This document shows, piece by piece, positions 49,123 to 59,090 of a stretch of DNA of 64,000 nt (position 1 is the stretch's first letter; every line of letters starts with the position of its first letter). The position numbers and the translations under genes are program-made. The DNA lies in contig CAVYRH010000004.1 of NCBI GenBank assembly GCA_963770835.1, forward strand, positions 384,001-448,000, given 5' to 3'. The notes below the pieces were generated by a model. The model had not been told where the DNA came from. It was given only the letters and a program-made list of their open reading frames with translations, and searched no databases. The DNA is from an uncultured Pseudomonadota bacterium (GTDB lineage: Bacteria; Oederibacteriota; Muellerivitia; Muellerivitales; Muellerivitaceae).

Positions 49123-50226
49123 ATGGCCGTTTCAGCCCAATCCATCGAAAAAGACCTGGCCGACCTCTGGAAATCCGGGCCCGACGACAAGAGCCAGGAA
49201 CTGGGGCTTCAAAGAGTCTATACGACCAACCTGGTGGCCTATGCCTCCGGCCATGACGAAGGTTACCGGGTGGAGCAGATCCTGAACGACCTGGCGGAAA
49301 AGCACCCCGGCCGCTACATCCTGGTGCGGCCCGCCGCCGACACCACCGAACCGGCCCTGCGTTCCTATATTTCCGGCCACTGCCTTTTCGGGGCGGGGCG
49401 GGAAAAAAGGGTCTGCTGCGACCTCATCAAGCTGGTGGCCCAGCCCGAGATCATCGAAAATCTCTACGGATTCACCTTCTCGCTACTCATGCCCGACCTG
49501 CCGGTGGAGTTTTGGTGGCCCGGCGACCTGCCCTACGAAAACGCCTTCTTCGAAAAAATGGCCCAAGAGTCCAACCGGGTCTGGGTGGATTCCTCCAAGT
49601 TCAAAAAGCCCGTCCAATCCATCGCCCGGCTCGCCGCCTTTTGGCACAGCCGCTACCCCCACACCTTCCTGGGCGACCTGAACTGGATCCGTATCCAGAG
49701 GTGGCGGTCCCTGATCGCCGAACTTTTTGACGGGGAATGGGCCAAGGCCCTCAAGGGCATCCGCCAGGTCACCATCGAGTACGGGGAAGGCACCCAGCCC
49801 ACCCGGAGCTTTTTCCTGGCCTGCTGGCTGGCCGTCCAACTGGATTGGAAATACCTCGGGCCCCGGCTTTCGGAGTTTTCCGACCGGCTCACTTTTGAGG
49901 CTCCCCAGGGGAAAGTTGAAATCTACTTAAAACCCGTCCCTGTCCCGGAAACAAAATGGGACCGGATCTTCGCCGTGGGGATATCCACCCAGGGGGAGCA
50001 GGAAGGGATTTTCACCGTGGTCCGGGACCAGGACCCCTACTGTGTTATCGCCCGATCGGAAATCATGCACAAAGTGGCCTTTTCCCGGACGGTTTCCTTC
50101 GACCACCTTCATTCCAACGAACTCCTGAACCTGGGTTTGAAGCACTTGGAAGAGGACCCGCTTTGGAAGAAAACCCTCCTCATGGCCGGGTCGGTCCTGG
50201 TCAAACCTAAATTGACGCTGGATTAA
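49123..50226 (+). CDS. opcA: G6PDH assembly protein OpcA
   Basis: NLVAY, HPGR, LLMPDLPVEFWW, VDS, DLNW.R...WR; follows zwf. Confidence 0.88.
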   Translation: MAVSAQSIEKDLADLWKSGPDDKSQELGLQRVYTTNLVAYASGHDEGYRVEQILNDLAEKHPGRYILVRPAADTTEPALRSYISGHCLFGAGREKRVCCDLIKLVAQPEIIENLYGFTFSLLMPDLPVEFWWPGDLPYENAFFEKMAQESNRVWVDSSKFKKPVQSIARLAAFWHSRYPHTFLGDLNWIRIQRWRSLIAELFDGEWAKALKGIRQVTIEYGEGTQPTRSFFLACWLAVQLDWKYLGPRLSEFSDRLTFEAPQGKVEIYLKPVPVPETKWDRIFAVGISTQGEQEGIFTVVRDQDPYCVIARSEIMHKVAFSRTVSFDHLHSNELLNLGLKHLEEDPLWKKTLLMAGSVLVKPKLTLD

Positions 50227-50325
50227 CAGGTTTTCTTTTCTCTCCGCTTGGATTCGACCCAAAGGGGCGCGTAGAATTATCGGGTGGCGGTTGAAGCCGC
50301 TTCCCGCTCGTAGTTGGAGGAAAAA

Positions 50326-51195
50326 ATGGCTCCCAAGAAGAAAGTTTTAGCCCGTCCCAAGGCGGCCAAAGCCAAACCTAGCGCCAAGAAAAATAAAACT
50401 GCCCACAAGGCCAAGCCCTCCAAAACCCTGAAAGCCGGCAAACCTAAGGTTTTACTCTTTCAGCCGGAAATCCGGATCTATCCCACGCCGGAAACCTTGA
50501 TTCAAGAGTCCGCCCACCAAGTCATGCAGATCGCCCGGGAAGCCGCCGACGCCCGGGGGCGCTTCGTGGTGGCCCTTTCGGGCGGTTCCACGCCCAAGGG
50601 TTTGTTCCAACAATTGACCGAAGACCCTTACCGGACCCTCATCCCCTGGGTCAAGACCCATCTTTTCTGGGTGGATGAGCGCCACGTGCCTTTGGACCAT
50701 CAAACCAGCAATTACCGTATGGCGCAGGAATTCCTCCTGTCGAAAGTGCCGATTCCCAAAGAGAACGTGGTTCCCGCCACCAATGGCTCCCTGCCGGTGG
50801 ACAGGGCGGCCTGGGCTTATGAAATAAAGATGAAGAAGTTTTTCGGGGATGGCCCGGTGCCGCGTTTCGACCTTTGCCTGCTGGGAATGGGCGACGACGG
50901 CCATACGGCCAGCCTTTTTCCCGGCGTGCCGCAGGTGAACGAACTGGACAAATGGGTGGTGGGCTATTTCGTGGATGAAGCCCGCAAGGAACGGGTGTCC
51001 CTGACCTTCCCCGTCCTGAACGCCGCCCGCTTTCTCATGGTCTTGGTGGAAGGCGAGAAAAAAGCCGCCATGGTGAAGAATGCATTGGGAGGCCCCTCCG
51101 ATCCGCCCCGCTATCCGATCCAATACCTGCGCCCCACCGAGGGGAAGCTGGTCTTTGAGCTGGACCAGGCCGCGGCCGCTTTGTTAAAAAAATAA
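50326..51195 (+). CDS. pgl: 6-phosphogluconolactonase with a Lys/Ala/Pro-rich N-terminal tail
   Basis: LSGGSTP, DER, SNY, GMGDDGHTASLFP. Confidence 0.93.
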   Translation: MAPKKKVLARPKAAKAKPSAKKNKTAHKAKPSKTLKAGKPKVLLFQPEIRIYPTPETLIQESAHQVMQIAREAADARGRFVVALSGGSTPKGLFQQLTEDPYRTLIPWVKTHLFWVDERHVPLDHQTSNYRMAQEFLLSKVPIPKENVVPATNGSLPVDRAAWAYEIKMKKFFGDGPVPRFDLCLLGMGDDGHTASLFPGVPQVNELDKWVVGYFVDEARKERVSLTFPVLNAARFLMVLVEGEKKAAMVKNALGGPSDPPRYPIQYLRPTEGKLVFELDQAAAALLKK

Positions 51196-51253
51196 TTTTA
51201 CTGTCGTTTCGATTTGGCCAATATTTTCAAAAACAAACTAGTGACAAAGTGAG

Positions 51254-51285
51254 GGAAAAGCCCTGGCTTGCGCCAAGGCTTTTCC
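51254..51285. terminator. Hairpin between convergent genes
   Basis: GGAAAAGCC...GGCTTTTCC. Confidence 0.55.
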
Positions 51286-51304
51286 GAGACGTAAACCGGC
51301 CGCA

Positions 51305-51727
51305 TCAATCGCCGTCTTTGTCCCCGGCCTTCTTCATGCCGCCTTCGGATTTAGAGGTGTTCTCCGCGTCGGCCAATTGAAAATACAGGATGCCTTTGGT
51401 CTTGATAACGGTGCCGGTTAATTCGACCGTTTGGCCCGCCTTGTCCTTAATGGCGTCCCGCCCGGAAGAAAAGTCGGAATTAATGACGGAATAAAGGTTG
51501 CCCTTGGAATCCATCAGCCCAAGGTCCGTTCCATTCATGGCGCATTTCATGGCGCAGGCGGCATGCCCGGCCCCATGGCCTCCATCCTTGCCCATGGCCG
51601 CGTTATGCGCCATGCACTTCAGGCAGACGACTTCATATTTTTGAGTGACCGTTTTGTCCCCGGCATGGGCCAATCCAGCCCAAGCCAGGCAACCTACCAA
51701 AAGTACCGCGATTTTAAGTCCCCGCAT
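51305..51727 (-). CDS. Small secreted Cys/His/Met-rich protein
   Basis: SD GGAGG; AHA cleavage site; CLKCMAH, HGAGHAACAMKC. Confidence 0.75.
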   Translation of the reverse strand: MRGLKIAVLLVGCLAWAGLAHAGDKTVTQKYEVVCLKCMAHNAAMGKDGGHGAGHAACAMKCAMNGTDLGLMDSKGNLYSVINSDFSSGRDAIKDKAGQTVELTGTVIKTKGILYFQLADAENTSKSEGGMKKAGDKDGD

Positions 51728-51949
51728 TTCACAACCTCCTTGTGGAATTCGCCAAAAAGCTCAACCGGCGATTTCCTTAAGTTACGGTTCCAGCGAATGC
51801 GGGGTTACAGGTTTGAATTATTTGTGAAAGAAGTAACACTCACAGCTCTTTCATGGCAGTTCTAGAAAATCAACGGAGTTCCTAGAGCAGGGCCCAGGAT
51901 CGGGATCCATAAAAACGGACTTAACTAGAAGCCCTTTCCCACGCGGCGC

Positions 51950-52450
51950 CTAGGGATAAACCCGGATCCCCACGTTTCCATAAAGATCAAAAGTGGATGT
52001 GTTGGAGATGAACCAAAGGGTCGGCACCACCTGGGCATAGATGTCCAGGGGCGTGCGATGGCCGAAGATATAGTCGAGGCCGATCGGCACCCGGGCACCG
52101 ACGGCGGCGGGATCGGTCAGGCTCAAATCCCCTCCCACGCCGATGTAAAAGGGAAGCGCCCCCGACGCGACATGGAATAGATGGTAATTGTGCCAGAGGT
52201 AGTCCAATTGGAGGATAGTTTGCCCGCCGTTATCGAACTTCACATCGGGTTGGAGCGAATCCACGTAGTTCAACCATAAATTGCCGACAACGCCCCAATT
52301 GCCCGGATAACCGAACTCCACACCCAGCCCAAAGGGACCGCCGCCCCGGACAGGGTCTTCGGAGGATTGGTACCGGGCTTGGGCGGGAGAAAAACCGGCC
52401 GCCCAAAGCAAAACCGTCAAAAGCAAAAGTCTTTTTTTTAAACCTTTCAT
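51950..52450 (-). CDS. Small outer-membrane beta-barrel (DUF3996-like)
   Basis: Signal peptide; FGLGVEFG, DYLWH, FYIGVGG, GARVPIG, VGIRVY. Confidence 0.7.
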   Translation of the reverse strand: MKGLKKRLLLLTVLLWAAGFSPAQARYQSSEDPVRGGGPFGLGVEFGYPGNWGVVGNLWLNYVDSLQPDVKFDNGGQTILQLDYLWHNYHLFHVASGALPFYIGVGGDLSLTDPAAVGARVPIGLDYIFGHRTPLDIYAQVVPTLWFISNTSTFDLYGNVGIRVYP

Positions 52451-52471
52451 GTCCTGCTCCTTTCGAATTTA

Positions 52472-53716
52472 CTAGAACCGGCTGATGTCTCGGCCAAAAA
52501 AGCCGGTCTTGAGCCAGTCAAACAACACCAAAATTTTGTTCTTCCAGCTCATCAGCCGGGTGAAATAAGCCGAACGCCAGAGGAAATAGGTGCCCCGGCC
52601 TTTTCCCTTGATGGCGTTCAAATCCGCGATAGCCGCGTCTTCCCCGATATAGGCCAGCATCCCATGGTGGTTGTACTTGAAGGGCTCCGCGGGTTTACCG
52701 TCCGCCAGCCGGTTCAGGGCCTTGGCCAGGTAATTTCCTTCCTGCATGGCTACCTGGGCCGTGGCGGGGTAGTTTTTTCCTACCACGCAGGCGCAGTCGC
52801 CCATGGCGTAAATATTGTCCTGCTCCTGGACCTTCAGGGTCTGGTCCACCAAAAGGCGGGAGGCCTTGTCCTTGGGCAGGTTGAACTGGCTCACCGCGAT
52901 GGTGGGGCCCAGCCCGGTGGACCAGACCACCATGCCGAAGTGGACTTCCGAACCGTCGTTCAGGATGGCCCGGTCCTTTTCCAGTTTTACCGTGCGGATA
53001 CCGGTGCGCACCTGGATGTTTTGGCGCTGGAAATGTTTTGTCGTGTAATCGCTCAGGCTTTTGTCGAAAGCGCCCAGGATGTGGTCGGCGGCATCCACCA
53101 GTGTGATGCTTACGTCCTCCATCAAGTGCGGGTAGCAGGCGCGGACTTCCTTCATGACGAAATCGTGCAGTTCGGCGGCGAATTCCACGCCCGTGGGTCC
53201 CCCGCCCACGACGGCGAAATGCAAAAGCTGGCGGCGCCTTTCCTGCGGGAGGCCGGGTTCGGAAGCCTGCTCGAAACACTCAATGGTCCGGCGGCGGATC
53301 TTGCGGGCATCCTCGGCGGTCTTGAGGAAGAGAGCGTTTTCGGTGACACCGGGGATGCCGAAGGTGTTCACCTTGGCCCCCACGGCGATGATCAAGATGT
53401 CATAGGCCACGTCGAAGGTTTCCTGGCCCAGGGTGGAGACGAAGCGCACCCATTTATTGGCGGTGTCCAATTCCCGGGCCGAGCCCTGGAAAAACCGCAC
53501 CCCCTTGCAGGCCCTGCGGATGGGCTCGATGATGCTGCGGAATTCCACCGTGCCCACAGTGGAACTTGGCAAGAGCGGCGTGAATAAGAAATGGTTGCGG
53601 GAACTGATGACCGTGAGGTCGTAAAGCCGTTGGTCGAGTTTCTTAAGCAGGCTGAAGCCCGCGAAGCCGGTGCCTAAAATCACCAGCTTGGGTTTGTCCC
53701 GGCGGGCGGATTCCAT
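52472..53716 (-). CDS. ndh: Type II NADH dehydrogenase
   Basis: GTGFAG, FLFTPLL, GGGPTGVE, ATAQVA.QEG. Confidence 0.9.
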   Translation of the reverse strand: MESARRDKPKLVILGTGFAGFSLLKKLDQRLYDLTVISSRNHFLFTPLLPSSTVGTVEFRSIIEPIRRACKGVRFFQGSARELDTANKWVRFVSTLGQETFDVAYDILIIAVGAKVNTFGIPGVTENALFLKTAEDARKIRRRTIECFEQASEPGLPQERRRQLLHFAVVGGGPTGVEFAAELHDFVMKEVRACYPHLMEDVSITLVDAADHILGAFDKSLSDYTTKHFQRQNIQVRTGIRTVKLEKDRAILNDGSEVHFGMVVWSTGLGPTIAVSQFNLPKDKASRLLVDQTLKVQEQDNIYAMGDCACVVGKNYPATAQVAMQEGNYLAKALNRLADGKPAEPFKYNHHGMLAYIGEDAAIADLNAIKGKGRGTYFLWRSAYFTRLMSWKNKILVLFDWLKTGFFGRDISRF

Positions 53717-55720
53717 TTACCCCGCCAGGCTTTCCTTCGCCGCTTTGACCACATTTTCCACCGTGAAACCCAAATTCTTCATCGCAACGCCGCCGGGGGC
53801 GCTGGCGCCGAAATGTTCCAGGGTGACGAACTTCCCCTGATCGCCCGCCCAGCGGTGCCAGCCGAAGGAAGTGGCGGCTTCCACCACCACCCGGGCCTTC
53901 ACGGAAGGTGGAAGAACCTCATCCCGGTAGGCGGCGGATTGGGCGGCAAAAAGCTCCAGCGAGGGGGCGCTGACCACGCGGGCCAGGACACCCTCTTTCT
54001 CCAATAGTTCCTGGGCCTTCACGCAAAGCTGCAATTCCGAGCCGGTGCCGATGAGGATCACCTGGGGCTTCCCGCCCTTGGCTTCCGAAAGGGTATAGGC
54101 GCCCTTCAAGACCCCCGAGGCGGGGGCGAACTTGGAACGGTCGAAGGTCGGCACGGCCTGACGGGAAAAGACCAGGGCCGTGGGCGCGTTCTTGCGCTGG
54201 AGGGCCACCAGCCAGGCATAAGGAACTTCGCCCGAATCCCCCGGGCGGATCACGCAGCCGTTGGGGGTGGCACGCATGGCCGCCAAGGTTTCCACGGGCT
54301 GGTGGGTAGGGCCGTCCTCGCCCTGGCCGATGGAATCGTGCGTGTAGACGAAAATGGATTGCACTCCCATCAGGTGGGCCAGGCGGTAGGCGGGCTTCAT
54401 GTAGTCGTTGAACATCAGGAAGGTGCCGCCGAAGGCGATGACGCCCCCGTGCAGGGCCATGCCGTTCAGGGCCGCGGCCATTCCGTGCTCGCGGATGCCG
54501 AAGTGAAAGATTCGTCCCAGGTGGTTGTCGGCCTCAAAATCCCCACCCTTGTCGATCAAGGTGTCGTTGGAGCCGGCCAGGTCCGCCGAGCCGCCGTAAA
54601 AGAAGGGAACTTCCTTGGCGATGACGTTGAGGGTCTTTCCAGAGGACTGGCGGGTGGCCATGCCCTTCTCATCGGCGGGGAAGACCGGCAGCTTGCTTTC
54701 CAAATCCGCCGGGAGTTCCTTGGCCAGGGCCTGCTGGAACTGCTTGTACTTGTCCGGGTTGGCCTTGGCATAGGCATCCCGGTTGGAATTCCATTCAGCC
54801 TCGGCTTTCTTTCCCTTTTCTACCGATTCCATACAGCGTTTCTTGGCCTCTTCGGGAACATAGAAAGTAGGTTCCTGGGGCCAATGAAAGAATTCCTTAG
54901 TCTTCACTATCATTTCAGGAGGGATGGCACTGCCATGTACCTTGGCGTTGTCCTGAAGTGGGCTTCCGTAACCGATGTGGGACCGCACCGCGATGATGGA
55001 AGGGCGCTTCGTCTCAGCCGCCGCTTCCGCCATGGCCTTGTCGAGCTCATCAAGGTCGTTGGCGTCGGTAACCCGCAAGGTATGCCACCCATAAGCCTCA
55101 TAGCGTTTCAGGACGTCCTCGGAAAAGGCCAGGTTTGTGTCGCCCTCGATGGAAATATGGTTGTCGTCGTAGATCACTTTGAGGTTGGCCAGCTTCAAGT
55201 GGCCGGCTAGGGAGGAGGCCTCGTGGGAGACGCCTTCCTGCAGGTCGCCGTCGGAGGCGATGACCCAGGTTTTGTGGTTCACCAGTTCATCCCCGAACCG
55301 GGCGGCCATGATCCTTTCCCCCATGGCGAAGCCCACGGAAGTGGCGATGCCCTGGCCCAGGGGACCGGTGGTGGTCTCCACCCCCTCGGTGTGGCCGTAT
55401 TCGGGATGGCCGGGGGTCTTGCTGCCCCATTGGCGGAAATTCTTGATCTCCTTCAGGGGCAGGTTGTAGCCGTGCAGGTGGAGAAGGGAGTAGATGAGCA
55501 TGGAACCATGGCCGGCGGACAAGATAAAACGGTCCCGGTCCACCCAATGGGGGTTGGAGGGCGAATGCTTCAGGTGCCGGCTCCAAAGCACGTGGGCGGC
55601 GGGGGCCATGCCCATGGGCATGCCCGGGTGGCCGGAATTGGCCTTCGCGGTGGCGTCCACCGCCAGCATCCGGATGGTGTTGATGGCCAGTTGGTCGGTT
55701 TGATCAAAGGCTTTGGACAT
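53717..55720 (-). CDS. tkt: Transketolase
   Basis: [33 protein letters not shown]. Confidence 0.97.
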   Translation of the reverse strand: MSKAFDQTDQLAINTIRMLAVDATAKANSGHPGMPMGMAPAAHVLWSRHLKHSPSNPHWVDRDRFILSAGHGSMLIYSLLHLHGYNLPLKEIKNFRQWGSKTPGHPEYGHTEGVETTTGPLGQGIATSVGFAMGERIMAARFGDELVNHKTWVIASDGDLQEGVSHEASSLAGHLKLANLKVIYDDNHISIEGDTNLAFSEDVLKRYEAYGWHTLRVTDANDLDELDKAMAEAAAETKRPSIIAVRSHIGYGSPLQDNAKVHGSAIPPEMIVKTKEFFHWPQEPTFYVPEEAKKRCMESVEKGKKAEAEWNSNRDAYAKANPDKYKQFQQALAKELPADLESKLPVFPADEKGMATRQSSGKTLNVIAKEVPFFYGGSADLAGSNDTLIDKGGDFEADNHLGRIFHFGIREHGMAAALNGMALHGGVIAFGGTFLMFNDYMKPAYRLAHLMGVQSIFVYTHDSIGQGEDGPTHQPVETLAAMRATPNGCVIRPGDSGEVPYAWLVALQRKNAPTALVFSRQAVPTFDRSKFAPASGVLKGAYTLSEAKGGKPQVILIGTGSELQLCVKAQELLEKEGVLARVVSAPSLELFAAQSAAYRDEVLPPSVKARVVVEAATSFGWHRWAGDQGKFVTLEHFGASAPGGVAMKNLGFTVENVVKAAKESLAG

Positions 55721-55857
55721 GGGTTCAATCTCCTTAATGAAAATTGGAAAGGCAGGTTGAGGCAAAGACCGGTGCGGCAAGAGTTCCATATCTTATGAGT
55801 AAGCCCTGATGAAAAAAAGACCTTTGGGGAGGGATATTTGGATTTTTTAACGGAACG

Positions 55858-57396
55858 TTAAAAGGAAACCTGGGTGGCCGCGTAGTAATTGTTGGAGTGC
55901 TGGGAATAGAGGGAATAGCTGGACTGGATTTCCTGGAACTGGTCCCCCAGGACGAAACTCCAGTGGGGAAGGAAGGGAATGCCCATTTCCAGGGTGGCGT
56001 TTTGGAGCCAGTCCGACCGGGGGTTGCCGCTGGCGTCGTAAAAGAAAGGATAGGCCTGCCATTGGGGCGTGTAATTCACCGAGGTGTTCCAGCCCCCTCC
56101 CCATTCCAGGTGGTAGGTCAGGGAAAGGCTGTGAAGGTAGTAACTGTAAAAATCATAAGCAGAGGAATCGGCTAAGCATTGGCGGAAGGAATAGGACAAG
56201 CTCAGGAAATGCGAGGAACCCAGGATGAAGGAGGAAGAGACGGAGCCGATCCAGCTGTTCGTGCCCACTGGCGAGGACAGGAAGAAAACCTCCCGGAGGA
56301 ACTGGGCCTGAACCTGGATCGAGTTGATGCTTTGGAACAGCCATTGGAAGCCGAGGGACCCCTGGTGGTGCTGGTAGTAAACGGCCCCGGAGGAGTTCAA
56401 GCCCAACTGCTCGTCGTAGGAAAAGGGAACCTGCCAATTGGACGGCAGGTGGAGCAGGGACCCCGCCGAGAAGTCGTGGAAACTGTAAATGCTGGTGTTC
56501 TGGCCCGGCGCCTCGTTCAACATCCCGTCCAGGGCGTAGGAAAAATTGGCGATGGTTTTTCCGATCATGGGGGAATAGCCCAGTTGGAGGTGGCCGTATT
56601 GGTTGACGCCGCTGGTGACGGCGGGGGGGGAGCCGGGATAAACCGGGAAGTTTTCCATGGTGGTTTGGCTGCCCCCGCCCTGCAGCCGCATGGAAAAATG
56701 GAAGGGGGAAGAGGAATCGCCCGACTTGAGGGAGGAAAGACGCATCATAGCTTCCATGTTGTAAAGCCCCGCGCTGGGGGACTGGGCCACGTTCAAAAAA
56801 TAATCCTGGGCCTGGAGCGCCCCGCCCTCCTTCTCATAAAGGACCCCCAGGGCGTATTCGGCCCGGAGGTCGTCGGGCTTGAGCTTGAGGCACTCCTTCA
56901 ATTCGGTCTCGGCCCTGCCCCAATCGTCCAGCTTCAGGTAGGTCAGGCCCAGGTTGAAATGAAGCTCCTCTGAGGAAGGGTTGAGGGCTCCGGCTTTGGC
57001 GAACATCTCCTTGGCTTTGTCATACTTGTGCATCCGGTAGAACATCACGCCCTGCTTGAGGAACAACAGGAACTGCAGGTCCTGGATCTCCTGCTGGTCC
57101 AGCTTATCCTTGACCCTTTTGAGGAGGTCCTGGGCTAGAAGCAGGCCCGGCTTGAGGCGCAAGGCCTTTTTGGCGTTGGATTCGGCGGAAGGGAGTTTCC
57201 CCAGCAGGTACTCGCAAAGGGCGGCTCCGTAGAAACCCGCCGGGTTTTCGGGATCCTGGTCGCAGGCCCGGAGGTAAAGGGCCTCGGCTTCCTGGTACCG
57301 GCCGTTGAAATAAGCGGTGTTGCCCTGCAGGACCGGCGAGGGGAGGGAGGCGGAAGCGGAAAAGAAGGGCAAAAAAAAGATAAAAAAAATCGCCAT
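55858..57396 (-). CDS. TPR repeats plus a C-terminal outer-membrane beta-barrel
   Basis: Signal peptide; several TPRs; Tyr/Ser/Gln-rich amphipathic strands; terminal Phe (ATQVSF). Confidence 0.78.
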   Translation of the reverse strand: MAIFFIFFLPFFSASASLPSPVLQGNTAYFNGRYQEAEALYLRACDQDPENPAGFYGAALCEYLLGKLPSAESNAKKALRLKPGLLLAQDLLKRVKDKLDQQEIQDLQFLLFLKQGVMFYRMHKYDKAKEMFAKAGALNPSSEELHFNLGLTYLKLDDWGRAETELKECLKLKPDDLRAEYALGVLYEKEGGALQAQDYFLNVAQSPSAGLYNMEAMMRLSSLKSGDSSSPFHFSMRLQGGGSQTTMENFPVYPGSPPAVTSGVNQYGHLQLGYSPMIGKTIANFSYALDGMLNEAPGQNTSIYSFHDFSAGSLLHLPSNWQVPFSYDEQLGLNSSGAVYYQHHQGSLGFQWLFQSINSIQVQAQFLREVFFLSSPVGTNSWIGSVSSSFILGSSHFLSLSYSFRQCLADSSAYDFYSYYLHSLSLTYHLEWGGGWNTSVNYTPQWQAYPFFYDASGNPRSDWLQNATLEMGIPFLPHWSFVLGDQFQEIQSSYSLYSQHSNNYYAATQVSF

Positions 57397-57557
57397 CCAC
57401 CTTCCGATGACCTTGAGAAGGGGATGAGTTCCCGAAGAATGGCTCCGTCCGCGTTGAACTCCCAAGCCCACCGTCCTTTAAGCCGGAATCTTGGCCGCCG
57501 CTTAAGTTCCCGGTGCGGTCCAGCCTACCACCTGTTAATGTTTTTAGCCCAAAGCGC

Positions 57558-57596
57558 AAAAAACCAAAGGCTTTCCGAAGAGAGGAAAGCCTTTGG
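57558..57596 (-). terminator. Intrinsic terminator after the repeat-protein gene
   Basis: 13-bp perfect stem CCAAAGGCTTTCC/GGAAAGCCTTTGG, followed by T6 on the minus strand. Confidence 0.75.
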
Positions 57597-57657
57597 CAAA
57601 GCTTTTTGCGCTGATTTTTAGGCGGTGAAAAGCACCGCCCTCATTCTTCAGCCCGGC

Positions 57658-58236
57658 TTAGTCGCCGTCGATGTCCGCCACTCCTAGGACCGAGTCAAAC
57701 ATATTCTCGATCTGTTCATGCACCGAAACGCCGGTCGTAGTGGCCACAGCCTGCAAGGTGGGCAGAATGGTCGGGATGCTCTGCTCTAAGGCCTGCAAGG
57801 TGGGCTGCACCGTCGGCAACTCGGTGGCGATGGCGTGCTGCTCGGCGATCTCCGTGGCTACCATGGTTTCCCGCGCCTCGACTGTCGGGGCAATGGTAGC
57901 CTGGAAATTGGCCACAGCCGTCTCACGCGCTTGCACTGTCGGGGCAATTGTCGCCTGGAAATTGGCGACGGCCGTTTCCCTGGCCTGAATGGTCGGGGCA
58001 ACGGTAGCCTGGAAATTGGCCACAGCCGTCTCACGGGCCGCTACGATCGTGGGTTGCGCGGTTTGAAAGGCCGCCACAGCCGTCTGGCGCGCTGAAACCT
58101 GGGTCGGATTTGGCGTAAAATTAGGCATGGGCCCCCAGCCGTGGCCATAGGCGTTCTTTTGTGAGAACACCATTCCCAGCATCAGGGTCACCAACCCCAA
58201 GAATACAAGGCTAAAAAATCTCAGAAGCTTTTTCAC
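57658..58236 (-). CDS. Secreted protein with 18-aa tandem repeats
   Basis: GTG with SD GAGGAGG; signal peptide; ~4.5 copies of ARETAVANFQATIAPTVQ; ends DIDGD. Confidence 0.8.
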   Translation of the reverse strand: MKKLLRFFSLVFLGLVTLMLGMVFSQKNAYGHGWGPMPNFTPNPTQVSARQTAVAAFQTAQPTIVAARETAVANFQATVAPTIQARETAVANFQATIAPTVQARETAVANFQATIAPTVEARETMVATEIAEQHAIATELPTVQPTLQALEQSIPTILPTLQAVATTTGVSVHEQIENMFDSVLGVADIDGD

Positions 58237-58298
58237 AGTTTCCTCCTCGTCCTTCATCAAAGTTAAAAGCCTTGCGGGCTTTTACGCCTTAAGGAATG

Positions 58299-58313
58299 GC
58301 AAGGGATGTGCCA
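58299..58313 (-). promoter_or_regulatory. Sigma54 -24/-12 promoter
   Basis: TGGCAC-ATCCC-TTGC on the minus strand, ~60 nt upstream of GTG 58236, next to a sigma54 activator gene. Confidence 0.85.
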
Positions 58314-58418
58314 GGAAAGCGCGAGCAAGGACCTTGCTTTAACGTTCTAGAGTTTTCCACTTTGTCCTAAATTTCAAACAGCATGCCGAAAATTAGGCCA
58401 CCCCCCGCCTGATCAGGC

Positions 58419-59090
58419 TTATTTCCGAATTTGTTTTTTCAGGGCCAAGAGCTTCGTGCGCGTCTCCTTGTCGGGATCATCGCTGAGGGCGGTATTGATT
58501 TCCTGCAAGGCCTGGGAAGGTTGCCTCAAATCGTGGAAGGCCAAATAAGCCAAGGCATAGTGCGCTTTGGGGGAGGATGGGTCCAATTCCACGGCCTGCC
58601 CGAGCTCCTTTTGCGCGTCGGTAATGCTCTTTTTCTTGTAATGAATCAGGCCTAGGTAGTAGTGCACCATGGCGATCTTGGGGTCCAATGTGTTGGAGTT
58701 TTCCATCTCCGAAAGGGCCTGGTCATAGCGTTTTTGGTCAAAAGCCACCCGGCCCAGGTAGTAGTGGTCGATGGGCATGTCCGGGTCGTGGAAGTTAACC
58801 CATTCGAAGTAACCTTCGGCTTCCGGAAGATGGCGGGTGTAATACTCGATTTCCCCCAGGCAAAAATGAGCCTTCAAGTTTTCCGGATCGTTTTTTAAAA
58901 CCTTCTTGAAACCGCTTTTGGCCTTTTCCCAATGCATGGCTTTCAGGTCGTCGGTGGCGGTGAGGAAAACCTGCTCTTGGTTTTTTTGGGGAGGGGCATC
59001 GGCCCGAACCGCGTGGGTCATTCCCACGACCAAAACCAGAAGCAAGGTTTTGCGGAAATCAAAACGGAATACGGGTTTAATTGATGTCAC
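58419..59090 (-). CDS. Periplasmic TPR protein
   Basis: GTG 59090 with SD GGAGG; signal peptide; repeated HYYLG TPR units. Confidence 0.8.
   Translation of the reverse strand: MTSIKPVFRFDFRKTLLLVLVVGMTHAVRADAPPQKNQEQVFLTATDDLKAMHWEKAKSGFKKVLKNDPENLKAHFCLGEIEYYTRHLPEAEGYFEWVNFHDPDMPIDHYYLGRVAFDQKRYDQALSEMENSNTLDPKIAMVHYYLGLIHYKKKSITDAQKELGQAVELDPSSPKAHYALAYLAFHDLRQPSQALQEINTALSDDPDKETRTKLLALKKQIRK

Noticed and set aside
57850..58090. 54-bp tandem repeats as CRISPR or ncRNA
   Set aside because: They encode 18-aa repeats with synonymous variation.
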